Source: Spirochaetaceae bacterium | GTDB taxonomy: Bacteria > Spirochaetota > Spirochaetia > DSM-2461 | Length of the DNA: 64,000 bases | NCBI GenBank assembly: GCA_965224705.1 | Contig: OZ245056.1 | Span: forward strand, 1,088,001-1,152,000 | Direction: 5' to 3' | In this document: positions 57,820-64,000 of the stretch, piece after piece | How positions within the stretch are numbered: position 1 is the stretch's first letter | Layout of the letters: each line of letters opens with the position of its first letter | Program-made: the position numbers and the translations under genes | Notes under the pieces: model-generated | Database searches by the model: none | What the model was told of the DNA's origin: nothing | What the model saw: only the letters and a program-made list of their open reading frames with translations

Positions 57820-59619
57820 ATGAGTCCTGTCCCTGAACGAAAAGATGCTCCAATTCCTGATACATGGGATCTTTCCTCCCTGTATGCCGATGATGAGGCA
57901 TGGCAATCCGGCCTGGCCGAATTGGAAGGAATGATCCCGGAGGTAACGAAATTCCAGAACACTCTGGGCAAATCAGCCGAATGCCTTGCCAGGGCTCTGG
58001 AATTCATTGTGAGAACTCTGGGAGAGCTTGAAGAACGGCTTGGCTACTATGTGATGCTGAGACATTCCGAAGATATTGGAAACGGAACGGTCCAGGGTCT
58101 CCATGCCCAATATGTGAGTGTTACGACCAGAATTGAAGCAGCAACCAGCTGGATGAAACCGGAAATCATGACGATCAGCGATGATGTGATGGATGATTTC
58201 TTAAAAAATGACCTCCTTGCTGACTTCCGCATCTTTCTTTTCAGGATTCTGAGACTCAAGCCGCATGTACTGAGCGAAAAAGAAGAAACCCTTCTCGCCA
58301 AACAAACTGAATTCGCCCAGACAGCTTCCAATGCCTTTAGCTCTCTCACCAATGCCGACATGGAATTCGGTACGGTAAAAACCTCCGATGAAGAAGAAGT
58401 CACCATAACACACAGCACCTATGCTTCCCTTATGCTCAATACGGACAGGAGTCTCCGTGAGGATGCCTACCGTAAATTCTACCGAGTTTTTGATGGGCAC
58501 AAAAACACCCTGGCCAACCTCTATGCCGGGAGTGTTCACCTGGATAAGTACATTGCTGAAATCCGCGGCTATTCGTCTTCCAGGGAGCAGGCCCTTTACA
58601 GAGACAATGTTCCGGTTGTTCTGTATGACAATCTGGTGAGTACGGTTCGAGACAATCTGCCCACCCTTCATGAGTACTACGAATTGCGTGCTGAACGATC
58701 GGGTGTTTCCGGAGACCTCCGCCATTGGGATACGGCGGTCTCTCTGGTGGATGGAGGCGTCAAAGTGAATCACAGCTGGAACGAGGCGGTGGAAGTCATA
58801 ACGGCGGCCTTGAAACCTCTGGGAACCCAGTATGTGGACACCCTCCGTTCCGGCCTTTCAGGCCGCTGGGCCGACCGCTATGAGAATAAGGGAAAACGCT
58901 CCGGGGCATTCAGTGCAGGATCCTATACTGGCGATCCCTACATTCTCATGAACTTCAAGGAAGATGTATTGAGGGATGTTTTTACGCTGGCCCATGAAGG
59001 AGGCCACTCAATGCACTCATGGTACAGCGTGAGGAATAATCCCTTCCCCCACTATAATTATACTATATTCGAGGCCGAAGTGGCCTCTACCTTCAATGAA
59101 CAGCTTCTGGCTCATGCAATGCTGAATGATACCAGTGACAATGAGCTCAAGGCATTTCTAATTGGCAAGCAGATTGACGATGTTGTCGCTACCATCTACA
59201 GGCAGACCATGTTTGCCGAGTTTGAAAGGGATACACATGCCATGGCCGAATCTGGAAAGCCGCTCACCGCGGATACATTGAGATCCCTGTACCGCAATCT
59301 TCAAGAGGACTACTTTGGACCGGCCATGAATCTTGAAGAAGTCAGTGATCTGGAATGCTTGAGAATTCCACACTTTTACAGTGCATTTTACGTATACAAA
59401 TATGCGACCGGTCTCTCGGCCGCGATGAGTCTGGCCCAGCGTGTACTCAATGGCGGTGAATCTGAGCGGAACGATTACCTGAATTTTCTCAAATCAGGGG
59501 GGTCTCAATTCCCCCTGGACTCATTGAAACTTGCCGGGGTAGATATGACGGGGCCTGATGCCGTCAATACCGCTCTTGGTCAGTTCAAGAAAATGATTGA
59601 CCGGTTCAAAAATCTCTGA
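57820..59619 (+). CDS. pepF: Oligoendopeptidase F
   Basis: WDLS.LY, GKRSGAFS, TLAHEGGHSMH, AEVAST.NE, RQT.FAEFE, IPHFY, YVYKYATG. Confidence 0.96.
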   Translation: MSPVPERKDAPIPDTWDLSSLYADDEAWQSGLAELEGMIPEVTKFQNTLGKSAECLARALEFIVRTLGELEERLGYYVMLRHSEDIGNGTVQGLHAQYVSVTTRIEAATSWMKPEIMTISDDVMDDFLKNDLLADFRIFLFRILRLKPHVLSEKEETLLAKQTEFAQTASNAFSSLTNADMEFGTVKTSDEEEVTITHSTYASLMLNTDRSLREDAYRKFYRVFDGHKNTLANLYAGSVHLDKYIAEIRGYSSSREQALYRDNVPVVLYDNLVSTVRDNLPTLHEYYELRAERSGVSGDLRHWDTAVSLVDGGVKVNHSWNEAVEVITAALKPLGTQYVDTLRSGLSGRWADRYENKGKRSGAFSAGSYTGDPYILMNFKEDVLRDVFTLAHEGGHSMHSWYSVRNNPFPHYNYTIFEAEVASTFNEQLLAHAMLNDTSDNELKAFLIGKQIDDVVATIYRQTMFAEFERDTHAMAESGKPLTADTLRSLYRNLQEDYFGPAMNLEEVSDLECLRIPHFYSAFYVYKYATGLSAAMSLAQRVLNGGESERNDYLNFLKSGGSQFPLDSLKLAGVDMTGPDAVNTALGQFKKMIDRFKNL

Positions 59620-59630
59620 TCCGTAACACA

Positions 59631-60848
59631 ATGACGAAAAGGATTGCACCGGGAACCCATATTGTTCTTATACTCTGTCTTATATCCTGCCAGCCTGAAG
59701 TCGATATCATCCACATTCTGACGGACAAAACGGAGCTGGCAATCGCAGCGGAAATCTTTGCCGGCCTCAATGATGATGTTCAGATTACTCTTCGGCATGT
59801 CCCCTTCATTGATGTGGAAACGCTCAGGGAAAACAAACCTGATTTAGTTGTTGGCGATGATATCAACACGGCAGCAATCAGTTCTCTTCTGGCACCTGTC
59901 AGGTTACAGGCTTCAACATACCCGGCCCTAACCGGCCCCGTAGACTCCCAGGGGAAGCAAATCTTCTTCCCGCTTTCCTTTAATTTACCTGTTGTTATGG
60001 GAAGGAAAGATGTGATGAATTCATTACCCGATCCGGTTGTTATTCGGGAATCGGATATACGTGAGCTGGAAAAATCCTTTGTTCGGCACGATGAGCATGG
60101 ACGCCTGACCCGGCTTGGATTCTCTCCAGGCTGGAATCATGCAAGTTATATTGACATGGTCTGGCTGGAAGTTGGTGATTCTGAGATAGTTTTTGAAAAA
60201 CCGGCCGATATAAACGACGGTTTTCTCCAGGTTGTGACGAATTTGAGGGACTGGATAACCGGATCTGCCGGTAGTCTTGAACTGGAGACTGAGTTCTCAG
60301 AACGATATCATTACCTCCCGGATGAAATACTGCTCAACAAGAGATGGATCAACTTTGCAAGAACAGACTTTTCTACATGGGTTACCATTCCAGGCAATAT
60401 CATCCGTGATTTTGACATCCGTTATTTTTCCGGAGATCGTTTCATCCCTGTTCAGTCTGTCACATGGGGCGGCATTCTCAAAGGGAAGAAATCATCCGAG
60501 AGGGCTGAGGATTTTTTAGGCTGGCTTCTTTTACCTTCAACACAAAAAAGACTGATTGAACGATGGGAACTGGAAGGGCTGACAGTTTTCGGATTCCTCA
60601 ATGGTTTGTCATCAATCCCTGAAGTTAACCAGAAGATTCTACTGGACAGATTTCCAATACTCCGGGGGATGCTTCCAGAAAACCACTATCTGACCGTACG
60701 ACAAAGACTCCCGGACCGATGGGCCAGGATCAGAGATGAAGTTGTTCTTCCCTGGATGCATTCTTCCATATATACATCCGATTTTGTCCAGACTCTTTCT
60801 GAGGCTTACACGGCCTGGGATCTGTCATCCCTTAACCACAGTGAATAG
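59631..60848 (+). CDS. Hypothetical lipoprotein (possibly solute-binding fold)
   Basis: 405-aa ORF with lipobox-like LISC, co-oriented with pepF. Confidence 0.65.
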   Translation: MTKRIAPGTHIVLILCLISCQPEVDIIHILTDKTELAIAAEIFAGLNDDVQITLRHVPFIDVETLRENKPDLVVGDDINTAAISSLLAPVRLQASTYPALTGPVDSQGKQIFFPLSFNLPVVMGRKDVMNSLPDPVVIRESDIRELEKSFVRHDEHGRLTRLGFSPGWNHASYIDMVWLEVGDSEIVFEKPADINDGFLQVVTNLRDWITGSAGSLELETEFSERYHYLPDEILLNKRWINFARTDFSTWVTIPGNIIRDFDIRYFSGDRFIPVQSVTWGGILKGKKSSERAEDFLGWLLLPSTQKRLIERWELEGLTVFGFLNGLSSIPEVNQKILLDRFPILRGMLPENHYLTVRQRLPDRWARIRDEVVLPWMHSSIYTSDFVQTLSEAYTAWDLSSLNHSE

Positions 60849-60935
60849 GAACTGCCGCATCAGGTATTGATTTCAATGGGCTGTGAACAGCACCGAAACT
60901 ATGCTATCATTGTCTCTGTTCTGAATTGAACGAGT

Positions 60936-62345
60936 ATGGATCGGGAGGTTTTCTTGCCGTCACAGCCCCAGCGTCTCTCAATAGCGCATAAAGTTACTCA
61001 AAAGCAGATCATTTCCCACCAGATTATTCAATCGATCAAATTGATGTCCATGTCGCGTGCGGAATTGCAGGAAGCTATTCATGAAGAAGTAGAAAAAAAT
61101 CCGGCTCTGGAAGTTGTTCAGGAAGCCGGTGAAACCGATGTGCCCGCCATGACTGAGGCCGTGACTGACGAATATCAGGAAATGGACTCTGAGTTGTATT
61201 CCGGTGCTTCCGATCCGGGTTCTCAACCGCTTTCTGAAATTGATTCCAACAGTAAGCAGAGTTTCCTTGAAGGGGCTGTTTCCCGGAATGAAACCCTTTA
61301 CGATCATCTCATCAATCAGTTGCGTCTTATAAACATTGATACAGATACAATGAACCTGGCAGAGCAGATAATCTATAATCTCGATGAGAACGGATTCCAT
61401 CGGGAACCGCCCTCTCTTTTCCTCAAAGGAACTGAAAAGGATAAAATTCAATATACCCTGAGTCTGGTGCAGAATCTGGATCCTATCGGGTGTGCCTGCA
61501 AAGACTGGAGCGAATCTCTGCTTGTACAGGCCCGTATTCGGGGCGACAGTCCTCGCTTATTCGAAACATTTATCAATAAAGCTTTGCCGGTGATGGAAAT
61601 ACAAAGTTCTGAAGAAGTCCGTTCTTCTTCTGGAATATCGCTTGATGAATGGGAAGACCTTGAAGAATACATTCGCGTACTGAATCCATTCCCGGGTCGT
61701 CTGTACAGTGCCGATTCAATACAGTATTTGATTCCGGATTTAATTGTACGATGTGAGGAAGGAGAGCATGTTCTTGTGCTCAATGATGAAGCATTGCCGG
61801 TTTTGAGATTGGATCATGATTTTGAGAAGATCAAGAACGGAAAAATTGCTGACAAGAATGCGGAGCGGTACATCAACGAGCATTTTCAGAAGGCCCACCA
61901 CTTCATTGGAAGTCTGGCCCAACGGGACAAAACATTGCTCAAAGCGGCTCAGGCCATTGTTGAATATCAACAGGAATTCTTTACTGATGGCCCCAGAGGT
62001 CTCAAACCACTCACCCTGAAGGATGTTGCGGAGAGGATTGGAGTCCACGAAGCCACTGTTTCCCGCATCACATCCAATAAATGCATTCAGACTGAATGGG
62101 GACTTTTTGAACTCAAGTTTTTCTTTACAAACTCCATATCCGGATCGGGAACTTCGGGTTCCAGTGTATCCAAGGTTGCGGCCAAGGAAATGATTCGGGA
62201 AATACTGAAGGAAATTGACAGCGAAAAAAAGGTTTCCGATCAGAAGATCAGCAATCTTCTCGCACGGAGAGGTATCAGGCTTGCACGGAGAACGGTTGCC
62301 AAATATCGAAAAGAGCTTGATTTTCCATCTTCTTATGTAAGATAA
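60936..62345 (+). CDS. rpoN: RNA polymerase sigma-54 factor
   Basis: Q-rich region I, NPALE, LKPLTL..VA...GVHE.TVSR, RpoN box ARRTVAKYR. Confidence 0.97.
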   Translation: MDREVFLPSQPQRLSIAHKVTQKQIISHQIIQSIKLMSMSRAELQEAIHEEVEKNPALEVVQEAGETDVPAMTEAVTDEYQEMDSELYSGASDPGSQPLSEIDSNSKQSFLEGAVSRNETLYDHLINQLRLINIDTDTMNLAEQIIYNLDENGFHREPPSLFLKGTEKDKIQYTLSLVQNLDPIGCACKDWSESLLVQARIRGDSPRLFETFINKALPVMEIQSSEEVRSSSGISLDEWEDLEEYIRVLNPFPGRLYSADSIQYLIPDLIVRCEEGEHVLVLNDEALPVLRLDHDFEKIKNGKIADKNAERYINEHFQKAHHFIGSLAQRDKTLLKAAQAIVEYQQEFFTDGPRGLKPLTLKDVAERIGVHEATVSRITSNKCIQTEWGLFELKFFFTNSISGSGTSGSSVSKVAAKEMIREILKEIDSEKKVSDQKISNLLARRGIRLARRTVAKYRKELDFPSSYVR

Positions 62346-62372
62346 TGAATTAACTATACTCAGGAGGCTGCA

Positions 62373-62669
62373 GTGACGGTAGAAATTAGAAGCATCCATG
62401 GATACACACAGGATGATGATACAAAAGCGTATATCGACAAAAGAATGAAGCGTTTGAACAATGTTAAAGAACACATAGCGGATTTGCATATAACTCTGGA
62501 CAGAGAAAGAAATGGTGAATACAAGACGGAATCCACCATTCATTTTCGCTGGGGGGTTATGGGTCACTTAAAGGTATCCAACCGTGATATATACAGGGCT
62601 CTTGACTCACTATTCGAGAAGATTGAAGCAAAAGCAACCAAAGAAAAAGAAAAAATTCAAGAACATTGA
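62373..62669 (+). CDS. hpf: Ribosome hibernation factor (HPF/RaiA)
   Basis: 98 aa immediately after rpoN; D.Y.ALD...K.E....KEKEK pattern. Confidence 0.85.
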   Translation: MTVEIRSIHGYTQDDDTKAYIDKRMKRLNNVKEHIADLHITLDRERNGEYKTESTIHFRWGVMGHLKVSNRDIYRALDSLFEKIEAKATKEKEKIQEH

Positions 62670-62679
62670 TATTGTATAA

Positions 62680-63684
62680 ATGGGCAAATTTACAGTACTG
62701 GATTTAATTGACCTTGAACCTGAGCGTCCCAACGCAATGGATCTCCGGTGTTGCAGCGGCCGCCGCGGTTTGTCCAGGGAGATATACTCTACAGAGATTA
62801 ACAGGCCCGGCATGCCCCTTACGGGTTTTTTCGATCAGTTTGTAAGTGAAAGAATTCAAATAATTGGCCGGGGAGAATCAACTTACATTGATTCTGTTCC
62901 GGTTGAGAAACTCATGCCCAATCTTAAACGCCTGTTCTCATACAATATCCCATGTTTCATTTTTTGCTATAAAATTGAGCCGCCGGATTTCTTCAAAAAA
63001 GCATCAGAAGAGTCTGGAATCCCAATTCTACTGACACCGCTGGATTCTTCTTCTCTCATTATTCGTCTTCTGAGAGCTCTGGATGATGTCTTCGCACCAA
63101 GCCAGACCGTCCATGCCGCACTTGTGGCCGTTGAGGGAATGGGTGTACTTATTCAGGGAGAGAGTGGAATTGGTAAAAGTGAAACAGCTCTTGAACTCCT
63201 CGATAGGGGACACCGGCTTATTGCCGATGATGCGGTACTGCTGAAATGTCTGAATGGTAACAGCATCTGGGGATATGGAACCAGCAGGGAATTCAATCAT
63301 CATATGGAAATAAGAGGCATGGGAATAATTGATGTCGCCAGGGTTTACGGGGTTAATGCCGTCAGTGACCGGAAACTTGTCGAAATGGTTTTTGAGCTTG
63401 TCACATGGGACAGCACGGCTCTTTATAACCGCCTTGGTCTTTTGGACGTGACGACAATGCTGCTTGATGTTAATATACCCATGATCACCATACCGGTGAA
63501 ACCGGGACGGAATATCCCAATTATAATCGAGGCGGCCGTTCGAAACCAGCGGCTTAAGTCACAGGGTGTTTACACCGCCCGAGAGTTTAATAAGGCCTAT
63601 ATGCACTACCTGGAAAGTGAAAATGCCAGGAAACAGCGTTTTGGAAGACTGGAAACCAGATGGGGGAAGGATGAAGTCACGTAG
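62680..63684 (+). CDS. hprK: HPr kinase/phosphorylase
   Basis: NRPG, GESGIGKSETALEL..RGHRLIADD, EIRG.GII, PVKPGRN. Confidence 0.96.
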   Translation: MGKFTVLDLIDLEPERPNAMDLRCCSGRRGLSREIYSTEINRPGMPLTGFFDQFVSERIQIIGRGESTYIDSVPVEKLMPNLKRLFSYNIPCFIFCYKIEPPDFFKKASEESGIPILLTPLDSSSLIIRLLRALDDVFAPSQTVHAALVAVEGMGVLIQGESGIGKSETALELLDRGHRLIADDAVLLKCLNGNSIWGYGTSREFNHHMEIRGMGIIDVARVYGVNAVSDRKLVEMVFELVTWDSTALYNRLGLLDVTTMLLDVNIPMITIPVKPGRNIPIIIEAAVRNQRLKSQGVYTAREFNKAYMHYLESENARKQRFGRLETRWGKDEVT

Positions 63685-63943
63685 CGTAACTATTCTTAAC
63701 CGGGCCGGTATGCATGCTCGTCCAGCTTCCATCCTTGTACAGGCAGCACAGGAGTATGAGAGCTCAATCTGGATAGAAAAGGAAAACGTCCGAGTAAATG
63801 CAAAATCAATTATGAACATACTCACCCTGGGCGCAACCTACAAAACAAAACTTCTTATATGTGCGGAAGGGGAGGATGAAGAAAGTGCTGTCAATGAAAT
63901 TGCGTCCCTTTTTGAGAACAAGTTCAAGAACATGAAAGGATGA
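63671..63943 (+). CDS. ptsH: Phosphocarrier protein HPr
   Basis: GMHARPA (His15), NAKSIM (Ser46), AEGEDE. Confidence 0.95.
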   Translation: MKSRSVTILNRAGMHARPASILVQAAQEYESSIWIEKENVRVNAKSIMNILTLGATYKTKLLICAEGEDEESAVNEIASLFENKFKNMKG

Positions 63944-63947
63944 AACC

Positions 63948-64000
63948 GTGAGCCATATCCTTGTCGTTGATGACGATCCAGCCATTCAGAATGCCTTGAG
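63948..64000 (+). CDS. Response regulator receiver domain, partial (runs off the window)
   Basis: GTG start, MSHILVVDDDPAIQNAL. Confidence 0.75.
   Translation, partial: MSHILVVDDDPAIQNAL

Noticed and set aside
1..64000. CRISPR array, rRNA or tRNA genes
   Set aside because: No regularly spaced direct repeats, cas genes or recognisable RNA gene signatures were seen.

Overview
64 kb of bacterial chromosome, most likely a Spirochaetaceae member. This is inferred from the rpoN-hpf-hprK-ptsH gene order and from solute-binding proteins with 'LFANG' type signal peptides. Intact operons: purL-E-C-F-M-N-D; GntR-pxpABC-TRAP; IclR-eda-kdgK-tctCBA-enolase superfamily; a CUT1 ABC transporter with two FAD oxidoreductases; a CUT2 ABC transporter with a ketose 3-epimerase and an FGGY kinase; sppA; pepF; and the rpoN cluster. 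Between them lie heavily decayed accessory patches: ISL3 and IS1380 insertions, a MITE family present as a nested deletion series (up to 7 copies or remnants), and short remnants of a tyrosine recombinase, lipid kinase, VOC, GNAT, GmrSD, LacI regulator and AlwI-like endonuclease. Most notable are (1) a 1937-bp tandem duplication of AAA-ATPase/PD-(D/E)XK genes with an identical core, a hypervariable 70-aa module and a structured leader, (2) an eroded integron-like cassette system built on a non-IntI tyrosine recombinase, (3) the covarying MITE series, and (4) a candidate structured leader and operator upstream of purL. No rRNA, tRNA or CRISPR array was recognised. All family calls come from motif recognition by eye; no database searches were run.
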